Made by a program: the position numbers and the translations under genes. Shown here in pieces: positions 36,530-48,916 of a DNA stretch of 64,000 nucleotides. Every line of letters starts with the position of its first letter. Position 1 is the stretch's first letter. Source of the stretch: Emiliania huxleyi CCMP1516 (taxonomy: Eukaryota). The notes under the pieces were generated by a model. The model was not told the DNA's origin. It did no database searches and worked only from the letters and a program-made list of their open reading frames with translations. Location: the NCBI RefSeq assembly GCF_000372725.1, contig NW_005201403.1, forward strand, positions 325,246 to 389,245. The letters are read 5' to 3'.

Positions 36530-39500
36530 CTAGAGTGAGGCCCTCGACGGGCCCCGCCCCCAATGGGGCGGGGTTGAATGGGCTACAGGCTAGCCTGTAG
36601 CGCTGGCGTGGCGTTGACATGAGCACGAAGTTGCTAATGTGCGTAGACGAACAAAAAGTAGGTAGGGTTGAATTCGTCCACGTAAGGCTTGGGGAGTGCT
36701 TGGGGTGGCCTCAGGCATCCCCAAGGGAGTCGCAGCGGTGCCCCAAAAGCAGCTTTTAGCGATTGTCGAACCTCGAAGCGCGTTCGTTTGAAGAAAGGCA
36801 CACGGTACTATCGCCTATCGGGCCACGGGCGTCGGGTCACCGGGAAACGAAAATTCGACACTTTGAGGGGTGAGAGCATAGCTAGAGTTAAGCCCTTGAA
36901 GGGCCCCGCCCCCAATGGGGGCGGGGTTGAATGGGCTGGCGCTGGCGTGGCGTTGACATGAGCACGAAGTTGCTAATGTGGGTAGACGAACAAAAAGTAG
37001 GGTTGAATTCGTCCACGTAAGGCTTGGCCTTGGGGACTGGTTGGGGTGGCCTCAGGCATCTCCAAGGGAGTCGCAGCGGTGCCCCATAAGCATCTTAGCG
37101 ATTGTCGAACCTCGAAGTGCGTTCGTTTGAAGAAAGGCACACGGTACTATCGCCTATCGGGCCACCGGTGTCGGGTCACCAGTACTAAACAAAAATTCGA
37201 CACTTTGAGGGGTGAGAGCATACAGTATTGTGGCATATCATGTCACATAAGGTCAAGCTTGACCGCAGAAGCATCAAGAAGCGGATACTCCAGCTCGACT
37301 GTGCCGGCAACGCTGCCTCCTCACGCCGGCTGGCTGCCAGCAGCCGTCGCGGCCCGTGGCGTGCACCCGAGAGGGAGAGAGGTCGAGTCCGCGTGGCTCA
37401 GGCCGGCCAGAAGGTGTGTGGCGACGGCACCGTGGCAGGAGTGCGGAGAAGAGCTCGCCGAACGCGAGCAGCGGAAGGCCGAAGTGTGCCAGCGCGAGAG
37501 CCTCGCGAACGGGTGCAGAAAAAGCTCGCCGTGACACGATGCCGGGCGGTGGTGGTGCTCTGGCGGCTGTGCACAGTGGGAAACGTCAGGCTGCAACAGG
37601 GCAGCACGATGGTCGTGCCCCGCTGCAGCCTGGCCTGACATGCACAGGGCGAACAGAGACGGTACTATCGCCTGGCGCTCGTCTGGGCCAACTTCGACCG
37701 CCGCCACAGCTCGCCACGAGCACGCAGCGACAAAATGATGACCGTGTCGAAGTTGAGGCTGGTCGAGAGAAAGAGGCTGCCATGCGAGCCGGCAACTGGC
37801 TGGCTCGGCGTGGACAGCCGGCGGCGACTTTTTGCCGAAGAGCGTGCCTGCCGAAGAGCGAGTCTGACTCAAAGTGCACGGAGTGGGCGCCGCCGACCGT
37901 CGGGAGGAGTCCGATGGGTGCCAGGACGATCCAGAGAGCGATGAAGGCGCAAATTGCGCCGCCGAAAGTGGCGGTAGAGGCCAGGCCGTGCGCGTGGGCC
38001 GGTCGGGCCACGTCCCGGGGCGAGCGATCGAGGGCCGCGGGGCTCGCCCCGTCGGCCGAGCGGTGCGAACGGCCGGTCGCCCGCTTCGGGTTGGACCCGC
38101 CGGGTGGTCCGGCGGCGGATTGCATGGCCGGGCGGGCCTCCGGGAGGCAGCCGGGGCTGCGACAGGGGCAGGGCAGAAAATCCCATTCGGAGAGCGTGTG
38201 GCGCGACCCGGTTGCTACTTTCAATGATAGGGACTAGAGTGAGGCCCTTGACGGGCCCCGCCCCCAATGGGGCGGGGTTGAATGGGCTAGCGCTGGCGTG
38301 GCGTTGACATGAGCACAAAGTTGCTAATGTGCGTAAGACGAACAAACACAGAGTAGGGTTGAAATCGTCCACGTAAGGCTTAGGGAGTGCTTGGGGTGGC
38401 CTCAGGCATCCCCAAGGGAGTCGCAGCGGTGCCCCGCCATAAGCAGCTTAGCGATTGTCGAACCTCGAAGCGCGTTCGTTTGAAGAAAGGCACACGGTAC
38501 TATCGGGCCACCGGAGAGTCACCGGTAAACTTCGACACTTAGAGGGGTGAGAGCATGCATTATTGTGGCATATCATGTCACATAAGGTCGAGCTTGACCG
38601 CAGAAGCATCAAGAAGCGGATACTCCAACTCGACTGTGCCGGCAAACTGCCTCCTCACGCCGGCCGGCTGCCAGCAGCCGTCGCGGCCCGTGGCGTGCAC
38701 CAGAGAGGGAGAGAGGTCGAGTCCGCATGGCTCAGGCCGGCCAGAAGGTGTGTGGCGACATCACCGTGGCAGGAGTGCGGAGAAGATCTCGCCGAACGCG
38801 AGCAGCGGAAGGCCGAAGTGTGCCAGCGCAAGAGCCTCGCGAACGGGTGCAGAAGGAGCTCGCCGTGACACGATGCCGGGCGGTGGCATATCATGTCACA
38901 TAAGGTCGAGCTTGACCGCAGAAGCATCAAGAAGCGGATACTCCAGCTCGACTGTGCCGGCAAACTGCCTCCTCACGCCGGCCGGCTGCCAGCAGCCGTC
39001 GCGGCCCGTGGCGTGCTCCAGAGAGGGAGAGAGGTCGAGTCCGCATGGCTCAGGCCGGCCAGAAGGTGTGTGGCGACGGCACCGTGGCAGGAGTGCGGAG
39101 AAGAGCTCGCCGAACGCGAGCAGCGGAAGGCCGAAGTGTGCCAGCGCGAGAGCCTCGCGAACGGGTGCAGAAGGAGCTCGCCGTGACACGATGCCGGGCG
39201 GTGGTGGTGCTCTGGCGGCTGTGCACAGTGGGAAAGGTCAGGCTGCAACAGCGTAGCACGATGGTAGTGCCCCGCTGCAGCCTGGCCTGACATGCACAGG
39301 GCGAACAGAGACCTTGCTATCGCCTGGCGCTCGTCTGGGCAAACTTTGACCGCCGCCCGGCTCGCCACGAGCACGCAGCGACAAAATGATGACCGTGTCG
39401 AAGTTGAGGCTGGTCGAGAGGAAGAGGCTGCCGTGCGAGCCGGCAACTGGCTGGCTCGGCGTGAACGGCCGGCGGCGACTTTTTGCCGAAGAGCGTGCCT

Positions 39501-39883
39501 GCCGAAGAGCGAGTCTGACTCAAAGTGCACGGAGTGGGTGCCGCCGACCGTCGGGAAGAGTCCGATGGGTGCCAGGAGGATCCAGAGAGCGATGAAGGCG
39601 CAAATTGCGCCGCCGAAAGCGGCGGTAGAGGCCAGGACGTGCGCGTGGGCCGGTCGGGCCACGTCCCGGGGCGAGCGATCGAGGGCCGCGGGGCTCGCCC
39701 CGCCGGCCGAGCGGTGCGAACGGCCGGTCGCCCGCTTCGGGTTGGACCCGCCGGGCGGTCCGGCGGCGGATGGCACGGCCGGGCGGGCCCCGGGAGGCAG
39801 GCGGGGCCGCGACAGGCGGCAGGGCAGAAAATCCCATTCGCAGAGTGGTTGGACAGACCCGGTTGCTACTTTCAATATAGGGA
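36530..39883 (-). mobile_element. Head-to-tail array of non-autonomous Helitrons
   Basis: On the minus strand, 5' ends TCCCTAT(C)ATTGAAAGTAGC lie at 39883 and 38233. 3' ends (GC hairpin CCCCGCCCC-ATTG-GGGGCGGGG then CTAG) lie at 38234, 36882 and 36530. The array sits between host A and T with no TSD. Confidence 0.85.
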
Positions 39884-40058
39884 TTTTATATAGCTATGTA
39901 GCTCTTACGAACATACCCGTAGGTGAACTGCTGACAGGGTTTGCGATGAGGAGCGATCCGAACGTGGTATTCGGGTGATTAGATCACTACCGCCGAAGCG
40001 CAAGCGCTTGGAGCAAGGGAACTTTTTGCTACAGTTGTAGGGCGGGGGGCACTTCAAC

Positions 40059-41915
40059 CTGCAAAAACCTGGCCGGTCCCTGCGGTGCCCCTACCTCCTA
40101 CCTACCTACCTACCCTACTTATGGGAACTAAAAAAGAAATCAGAGGCTGGGTGAAGGTGGGGATACCAACTTAAAGTGATGGGTGGTGGTACTCTCCTGC
40201 AACCACAGTCCTTCCTGTCACCTGTGACATGGCAGGCCACTCTCAGGCCCTACAAGCATCAGACCACCCATTTGGGGACGTTTGACATCGTGATTTGGCC
40301 GGAAATTTTCTTTTTCTGCTGTGAAAATTCCGCGTGAAGAGAGGGAAAGCCCGACGGGAGGGCCCAGACCTACCCTACCTACCCCGTCATGAGTGCCGCC
40401 CACGCAAAAAGGAATACACCGGGACGAACCAAGAATTTTCGATGCCTGAGAGGCTGAGAGATTAGCACGCCCTTGGCGCGCCTGGTTTGGAGCACTTGGA
40501 GTGCAGTCATTAACCGCACATCCAGGGCCGGGGAGCTAAGAAGCCCACCCAGCGGGCCGGATGATTGGCATCGGGTTGCGGGCAAGAGAGCCCTAGCCCT
40601 GGGGGTGCGCGTTCGCAGGGAAAGGGCCGTAAAGTAAACACGGGTCTCCGAGGGTTAGTCCGCGCTCCGGGTTTCCCCTAGCAGCGGAGCGCCCCCTCTA
40701 CTCGGACGGAGCTAGTAAACACCAGACAGACATGCACACGACGTACAGCACACGAACGACGTACCTCCCCACTCGACGTCTCCCCTCTGGGCTTCTCCGT
40801 TCGGCCTCCCCACCCTCGGTCCGGAGGGGGGGCCCTATCCTCTCGGTCCTCCCCCCCACTCGCTTTCCGCTGGTTGGGCAACGGATGCGGGGCCCGGCTC
40901 CCCCTCCCTCCTAGCCTTCTTCGGCCGCGGCCCCGCCGCCGTTTCGTCCCCCTGCCTCTGCCCCTGCCCCTGCCCCCGCAGCAGCTGCCCCTGCCCCCAT
41001 GTCTTCCGAGGAAAAACAAGCCTATGCCTGGGGGATGCTGGGCACCGTTCTGACAGAGGTGGCGAAGGCGCATGGACTGGGACCCGAGGCATGGGAGTCG
41101 TGGGCCGAAAAAGCCTTTGCGGAGTATGAAGCCGGGAAACTCAGGGACTACGTGATGCAGGAAGCGGCAAAACTCGTAGAGGAGATGAAGAAAACTGCGG
41201 CGCCACCCGCCGAATGCTACACCTTGATTGAATCGGCAATTAAACACAAGATGTTCGACGCCGCGAAAGCAAGCGACTTGGACGCGTTCGACAGGGCCGT
41301 TGCAGCGGTCCGGGCCGACGATAAAGTATCGGACAAGATCAAACCTATCATTGCCGCTTGGAAGGACAAACAGCTTGGCAAGGGACTTTAGATGATTCGA
41401 CCCCTGAAGAGGGCGGTAAGCCCAATTAATCTCAACTCACGTCCCTGACGGTTGCACGGGCTGCTGGCGGTGGTGGGTGCTGGCACAGCCGGCGTCGCGA
41501 TCGGTGGCGCCGCCTTGGCGCAATTGGATCGCGGTCCAAACCAGGTGTCATGACCTGTTCTGTCTTTTGCATTTCGGAATCGACTAATGAGCCCCGCTCT
41601 CCCTGGTCGACGAGTCGCGCCCGCACCCGCGGCCTCTCTATCGTCCTCGGCTCGCCCCCCCCCCCTCCGCCGGCTCCTCTTCAGGCTCGGGGAGGCGTGG
41701 CCCTCCCTGTCGAAGATCACGGTGGTCCCCCACCGGCCCTGCCACTTCGCTGTTTTCGCACTTGGTTTGTCTTTCTTTCCAAAACTCCAAGTACTCCAAG
41801 TCACCAAGTGCTCGCACGACACTGGGCAGGCAGGGGAGGGCCGCAGGGCAGGGCGAGCACCCAGCACAAAGAATTTTGCGGTATACAGCACTAGGCACGG
41901 GCCTGGCGCGCACTG
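40059..41915. mobile_element. Dispersed repeat, copy 2, carrying a small ORF
   Basis: Left end is homologous (inverted) to 12023-12400. Right end shares the GCACGGGNCTGGCGCGCACTG motif with about 12551-12577. Confidence 0.6.
40999..41391 (+). CDS. 130-aa alpha-helical protein of unknown function, intronless
   Basis: Clean ATG-TAG ORF with a natural Lys/Glu/Ala-rich composition, unlike the GC shadow ORFs. Confidence 0.6.
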   Translation: MSSEEKQAYAWGMLGTVLTEVAKAHGLGPEAWESWAEKAFAEYEAGKLRDYVMQEAAKLVEEMKKTAAPPAECYTLIESAIKHKMFDAAKASDLDAFDRAVAAVRADDKVSDKIKPIIAAWKDKQLGKGL

Positions 41916-42347
41916 TAACAATAAAACGGCCGGTCGCACGTCCACGCCTCGAGAGCAAGAAGCTCCGCGCCGCCCCGCCCGGCGCTGCCCACCTGCCAAC
42001 CGGCTGCACCCGCCGACAGCAGGCGCTCGCGCCGGGTGTGGCTGCTCGGCCCTGCGCCGCAGAGACCGCGCATGCGCACAAACACTGCTCACGCTCACTG
42101 GGGGAAGCGCTGCGGTCCCGGCTCCCTCGTACCGTACACGGGCTCCCCTAACGCGTCGAGCTAGCTCTCCGCCCCTCTTACTGTGCGTGTGCCGCTCCTC
42201 TACTTCGTCTGCCTATCGCACGCGTGGGGTGTGCTGCACAACGGTCCCGAGCGGACCTCCGTTCCTCTGTCGGTTGCACGTCCCCCAGAGCGCTCGCCCC
42301 GCCTCTTTCGCGCCGCCTCCCCTTGAGAGACATCGAATCACCGCCCT

Positions 42348-43305
42348 TCACGCACCCGCGGCCCATCCGAGGACATAGACCTGCGTCCGCGGAGGCGACA
42401 CATCAAGTGAAGCGGACCGCCAGCTCGTGAGCGGCCACGGCTTAGCCATGCAAAACATGTCAGGGAAGGTGCGGTGGCGGCGGAGGCTGGGGCGGGGCGA
42501 CACCTGCACGGGCACGAGGAGCAGCAACGCGCAGATCATCTGCGCTGCGCTCGACCTGGCGAGACGCTTCGCGCCCTGCCAGAACCACGTGCGCCACGGC
42601 CCCGCGTGCCGCCGCGCCGCCCTCCACGCCGCCGAGATCTCCCGCCACATCTCCCGGCTGGCGGCCACTGTGCCCGACGCGAGCCGCTGAGTTGCGCGCC
42701 AGGCGTGCCTCGCGAGCGGGGTCGGCTCGCCCCCGATGGCGGTGGAGTAGTCTCGCCGGCTTGAAATGGCGGGCTGCACCCCATGCGGCGTATGCTCCAG
42801 GTACGGCATCAGCACGAGCATCGTGTCCCGGGCCCGCCGCGCCGCGAGAGATGCGAGCCGCGCCGCCTCGAGGCAGCCCAGATTCAGGGTCGGCGCCAGC
42901 GCCTTGACTGCGGCGGAATAAGCCGCCCGCACCTCCGCTACGGAGGCTGCGGCGGACACGTTGAGGATGACCCACGGCAGGAGCTCCGTCCGGTCTGCAG
43001 CCTCGCAACTGCACGACAAGAGGCCGCAACCAGAGGCGACGCAGGCTCCGGCGACCACCTCGCGGTTGGCGCTGCACCGGCCGCTCCGCCAGTGGCAGTC
43101 AATGCTGTCCTGGAGCGTGGCGCACTGCGCCGCTCCGCTGGGCAGCGAGTCGCCCAGCTCAGAAAAGCTGAAACGATGGTCTCCCGACTCGGCCCACATC
43201 CTCGCCGCCGCGTCTGCATGCCGCCAGGAGGTGGTTTTGCCAGGGAAGCGGGTGGCGCCACCCTTGGCCCCGGCGGCGGGCGTGCAGGCCAGCAGCAGCA
43301 GCATG
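42348..43305 (-). CDS. Hypothetical protein with Cys-rich segment and degenerate J-domain
   Basis: Signal-like MLLLLAC, then a Cys cluster, then PWVILNVSAAASVAEVRAAYSAAVKALAPTLN (J-domain helices I-II, HPD absent). Confidence 0.45.
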
Positions 43306-44584
43306 TCGATCCGGCGCGTCAACCGCGTCAACGGTGGCGTCCCCGGTCAGTGTCACCTGCTGTTCACATAAACGCACAACTCCGGACCCAAGACGCACAA
43401 GCACAGACAGTCGAGAAGGGGGAGAGACAGCAACGACAGTCAGAAGTCAGCGCTGGGTCCCAGGAAGGCGAATGCGATGACGGCCTCTAGTGTGAGCTCT
43501 AGCTAGTGAGCTCATACGCACGCCGGCAGATCGCGACTATATACAGCTAGTTAAGAGCCGACCGACCCTCGCGTCCGGTGCTCACCGACGGCCGGGCGGG
43601 CCGCCCGCCCACGCGCCGCCTACGCGCAGCGCGTGCGCCGCAAACTCGCCCGCCGACAGCGCTGGCCAGTCTCCATCGGCCGTCGCGAGAGGGACGACCG
43701 AAGAGGAAAAATGGTTACCGGCCCTGGATGTGAAGACGAAACACCAGTGGTAATCCCGTCGTCAGCTGTCACGATGCACCCGAAGGGGACCCCAGCGCCA
43801 GCGTCATCTGTGGAGGTACAAGTGTTCGAAGAGAGAGTGGACCTGAGCAACGACATGACTTGGCGGCAAATGATCGCAGTGAGTGGGCGTCAGAAGAGTC
43901 GTCCTTGCGCGAGGAGAGCTCGATAAACTCGAGGGGCCGAAATATGCCGCGAGGAGGGCAGAGTTGCGACGAAAGGCGAGAGAAGAAGCGAGAGCAAGGG
44001 ATCGGCAGGCGGCGACGGCGTCGCAGAACGAGGCAGAGGAGAGCGACGCGACAGAGGATGAAGCGACAGGAGAGATAACGACGAGAGTGGGACGACCGCG
44101 AGGTGATTGCGAAGAGAGATAGGAAGAAGCAGACGCCCAAGGGTGGGCGACGGCTAGCGCACCACACCCCTCTCCTTAAAATCCAAGTGTGGTGGCGGCG
44201 TGCCGTCCGGCGACGGCGGCGAGCTGCTCCAACTTATGGAGAAACAAAAGCGCTTGCTCGAGCAGCCCCTTCTGCGACGGGTAAAACATGCGGTACTTGT
44301 CCAGCTGCGTCTGCAGGAAATCCTTGACGCCCGAGTTCATTTTGTAAATACTCCTATGGCGTTATTGAGAAGAAAGTTGCATCCAATGACCCCTGGACGT
44401 ATCTTGAACACTCTGGCCTGGGCATCCAATGACCCCTGGACGTCCCCTGTAACTATTGATATTGATTATTGACAGCATCCCCTCTAACTATTGACAATAT
44501 ATTGACATATTGATCGCTGATTTGTCCCAGACATTGCTTAGATGTGGGCTGAAATCGAAAAAATCGCGAGTTCAAGGATGTCTG

Positions 44585-44800
44585 CAGTGATCTGTCGGCG
44601 GTCAGTACGACCGATCAGGTCGGAGTTTTCTGATGGTTTAGAGGGTCTATCTGTATGTACTCCTCGAGATCTCTCCAAATCTGCCCTCTAATCAACCGTA
44701 ATCATTCGGGAAGTCGGTGCTCTGAGCGACTCTGAGCGCCGGAGCCCCGTTTCCGCACTGCGGCGCGGCGCACGGTGCCTCCGGGGGCCCCCGCCTCCCC
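44585..44800. repeat. Dispersed repeat, inverted copy of about 57145-57355
   Basis: GTGATCTGTCGGCGGTCAGTACGACCGATCAGG...CACGGTGCCTCCGGGGG matches the reverse complement with few substitutions. Flanked by AT-rich TATTGA repeats (44445-44515, 44840-44890). Confidence 0.9.
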
Positions 44801-45126
44801 CCAGAGTCCTGACCAGCCCAGGCCCAGCCTCTCCTCTATACATTGATATTGATCGCATCTCTAACTATTGGAGCAATATATTCAATATTTTGCGGGTGCC
44901 TTATCGAGGTAAGTGCAGGCCCCGGCGCCAGCAGCAGCGTTTACACACGTTAGTACTGTTGTGGAGCCCTCGCGCTGACGTACACAGGGCGAATGCGCGA
45001 GCGAACGGCGCCCTGTACAAGATAGTGCAAGTACACAAAATTTGCTACGAGGGGCAGGCTATACAATACTCGGACGAAGCGCGCCAGTCGCGCCACACCA
45101 CGGCCCTAGTCTTTCGCAGCCTCGCG

Positions 45127-47953
45127 TCACACCGCCTTTTTGAAGGTGGGTGCGCTCGAGGGGAGGGCGTCCATTGCGCGCAGCCCCGCCCGTGAGGTTG
45201 CGTACGAGCGCACGCGGCCCTTCTTGAGGTCGTGCACCTCCGAGCGGTTGCCCTCGCCCAGCATGGAGAAGGCGCTCATCTTGACGGCAAAGCACTCCCC
45301 CGCATCGAAGCCCGCGACCGCCTGCATCTCCCCCATCAGCTCGACGCCGAAGAGAAAGTCGCGAAACTCGCCCGCAAAGTAGAGGGGCAGGCTGGGGACG
45401 GCCTTGAAGTCCGAGGGCGCGCCTCCCGCCGCGGCGCACGCCTCCTCGATGAGCGGCACGAGGCACTTAGTGTTGAGGTTGCCGAGCCTGCAGCACGGGG
45501 GCGGAGGAGGAAGGGGCGGAGGAGGGGTGGGGAGGGGTGGGGAGGGGCTGCAGCACCGCCGAAGACAGCTGACTCCGGCCGAACACGTGTCCTCTCAAGA
45601 CCTGCTGGAGTACGAGGCGGTCCGTGGGCAGCATCTAGGCTACCGCGCCACAGGTATGCGAGCGACTTGTGCAGGGCCACGTCCATCAGGAACGGGTCGA
45701 GCCCGAGCTTGGGCGGCCGCAGCGGGTTTGGGCTAAAGGCCTTGACGGCGTCGAGCTTGGCTCGGGCAGCGTCCGTGTCGCGGATGTAGAAGAGCATCAT
45801 GCACCAGTTGCCCGCCTGCAGGTCCCCCACCGCTCTCATCGCCATGAGCACGAGACTCGTGCATTCTCCCTGCACCCGCTGCGCGCCCAGTAGCGGTGGG
45901 AGATGTAGTAGCCGAGTCGGTCGGGCAGCACATTGCCCGCGGCGCAGGTGAGGCACTCGGCGCCCAGGTACACGAGTAGCAGCGGGCTCGCCTGGGGGTG
46001 AAGAGGATGTGAGCGTCTGCCCACACACATACAGCGGCGGGAGGCCCACTCAAAAGTGGGACTCTTTGACTGTGGCTCCCTCAAAGCGTGGCTCCTCAAG
46101 CGGTCGCCTGCGAGTAACCTCGGGTGATCTCGGGTAATCAAGCGTGGCTCCTCAAGCGGTCGCCTGCGAGAGGCCCGCCCAGTCGAAGCCGAGGGTCTCG
46201 ATGCGCCAGAAGAGGAGCGGCACGCACAAGCCGAAGCAGAGGTTCCAAGAGTACACGTCGAACGGCGCCTTATCGCAGAGGGAGGCGTGCAGAGGCCGAC
46301 GCAGGGTGCGAGGAGAGTAGACGCATCGAGCGGCGCCGGCATCGCCAGGATGTAGGCGTGCATCGCGCCGAGAGAAGCCATCCCGAAGGCGACCGCACCT
46401 ACTCGCGGCTCATCATATCTCGCGGCTCATCTCGCATCTCGGCGCATCTCGGCGCATCTCGGCGCATCTCGGATCATCTTTGCCGTCCGAGGGCAGCAGC
46501 AGCGCGAGCGGAGCCAAGTACCTACGAGAAGCGGGCAGAGACCGCTCAGAGAAGCGTCCATTTTGGCCAGACCCCGGCCCTGCTCCACGCGCTCGACGGC
46601 CGCTGCAGCGTGCGCCACGGCCTGCCCGAACCTGGTCGGGGAGATTACCCGAGATTGCCCGAGATCACCCGAGATCACCCGAGATTACGTGCACGACGGC
46701 CAGCCCTAACCTGGTCGGGGAGAGGTGGAAAGGAGAGCGGACGAGCAAGCCGGCGAGCCAGCGCCGCGCGGGCGCGAGGAGCATCGACTGCAGCATGAAG
46801 GGGCCTACTCTCTGCTCAGCTCTCGGAGACTCTCTGCGACTCTCGCGAAAGGCATCGACCGCCGCAGGGAGGGGCGGCCGTTGACGTACTCGAACCAGGG
46901 CCCGATCTGAGGCGAGGCAAGGTACGGGTGGTGCACAGGTCTCCTCGAGCACAGGAGTGGGTTTGTCCGTGGCCCACGCCTTGCCCACGCCAGAGAAGAA
47001 CCACTGCAGCAGCAGCGCGGTCTGCATGCCCGCGAGGCGGCCTAAGGTCACGCCAGCCCAGGTCACGCCAGCCCAGGTCATGCCAGCCCAGGTCACGCCA
47101 GGCCCAGGTCAGGCGTGCTCTCTCTCGCTGTTGAGGTCTCGGCCCGGCAGCCCGACGAGGCGACTCGGCGTCTGGAGTGCAAGGCCCGGGTGCGAGTGCG
47201 GGTGCGCGGGCGCGCCTCGCTCGGCGGGAAAGCATGCAGACAGCAGCACGGAGTAGTATGTGTGGCCGTTTGCGGCGTAGAACTGGGTCGAGTCGGAAAG
47301 GAAGTGGAACGCGTCGCAGCCGCAGATGAGCCAGAGGGCCTGGCGGGAGGGGTGCTGCTTGCTTCTGTGCAGCTCTGACTACTACCGCTAGCCGGAACGC
47401 GTCGCAGCCGCAGATGAGCCAGAGGGCCTGGTGGGAGGGGTGCTGCTTGCTTCTGTGCAGCTCTGACTACTACCGCTAGCCGGAGGGCCTCGGTGCGGTA
47501 CTCGCGAGAGGCGAGAAAGGCAAAGATGCCCACGTAGAACAGGAGGTGCGAGAGCAGGTCGACAGCCGTGCGCCGCGTACCGAGGACGGCCACCTTAGCC
47601 AGCTTGACGGTGCCGAGGCTGAGCCGGTACATCAGATTGCATGGCGGTCCGAGATGCCCGTAAATTGGACCTTGGCGGCAGCCGAGCGACTCGGCAAAGT
47701 GCTGCCAGACGATCAGCTTTACAAAGCCGTGCAACAGTGGCTGTTTGTGCGTGCTCGGGCCCACTGCGAGCAGAGTCAGCGCAAAGCAGCCGTAGTTAAT
47801 CAGGAGGAGGGTGAAGTGCCAAATGTAGACGACTGCCGGACGCCTGAGTCCGTGGAGCATGATGTCGATGGCGCAGCGGTCGAGCCGCTCGGCAAGCGGC
47901 ATCGCGCTCCACTGAGTGCTCGTCACCCCTTCCATGTCGCGAGGAGTCGCCAT
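45127..47953 (-). CDS. DUF3556-like multi-pass membrane protein, multi-exon
   Basis: QWSAMPLAERLD, LGCRQGPIYGHLGPP...YRLSLGTVKL...RTAVDL, WFFSGVGK, AGNWCMMLF and MQAVAGFDAGECFAV match my recollection of the DUF3556 motif order. Confidence 0.65.
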
Positions 47954-48169
47954 TTGGCGTTGTCGTGAGAGCACGTGGGCTCTATTTCGATGGCGTGGAC
48001 CGGCACAAGGCGTTGTTGTCCGTACAACTGTACCAAAAAAGGATTTTGCTGAGGTGAATTCTGTCAAGGTTTTTGCTCGCCTTCCTGGGACCCCGTGTTG
48101 CATGTCACTATTTCGGGGCCCGGGGTTGTGCGTTTACGTGAATTCCGGCCGTGCGCCCACGTTTCTGCG

Positions 48170-48530
48170 CACAACAAGAAGCTGTTGCAGAAGAAGCTGC
48201 TACAGCAGGGCGTGGGCAATGTGGCGGAGCTGCTCGTCGCGATCCAGGGCGGCACGAGCGCGACGGCCCTCGGCTTCTCGCCCGCCGCGCTCGCGCTGTG
48301 CGAGCGCGTGCTGCCCGACGAGACGCTGCGCAGCGCAGAGGCCGCAACAGCAGCTCTCGCAGCTGCCTTTGCCGCGCTCTCCGTCGCCGGCCCGCCTGGG
48401 CCTGCGGCTGGCGCGCAGGCGGGCGGCGCGGCCGCCGCTGGCGGGCGCGGCCTCGGCGCCGCGCGCGGCGGCGGGGCCTACAGCTCCGACGAAGAGGAGG
48501 CAGCAGCTGCTGCTGCTTCCCTCTCTCTAG
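48170..48530 (+). other. Coding-like gene fragment without a clear ATG
   Basis: NKKLLQKKLLQQGVGNVAELLVAIQGG... shows host codon bias and ends at a TAGG repeat. Confidence 0.35.
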
Positions 48531-48916
48531 GTAGGTAGGTAGAAAGGTGAAGAACAGCCAGGCTCGGACTGGACACCAACGTCTCTCTGCGGGCGGCGGC
48601 CTTTGCGCGTGAAGAATTCTTCTGAAAAACGGCGTTTTGGCCGAGGGGGGGGGCCTACATTCATTGAGAAGTCTCGTCATTCGGTGCCTCTCGAAGACTC
48701 ACCTTTGATTGTCACCACCTAACAGGCGTCGCCTTTGCTGTGTCGCGTCCTCCGCGTAGCCAGCCAACCATCCACATCCACCAGCACTCACCCTCCTCAC
48801 CTCGCGTCGGTGTTACTTGACCCCACTCTCTCGCCGCGCATCGTTTTCCTAGAGACGATGCGGAGGCGACGCTCAACTCACGCCTACATTTGCCCTGCTG
48901 CAGACTCGTGCGTCGA

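Noticed and set aside
37228..39875. ORFs inside the Helitron copies as RepHel or captured genes
   Set aside because: No HUH or helicase motifs, and frames differ between copies.
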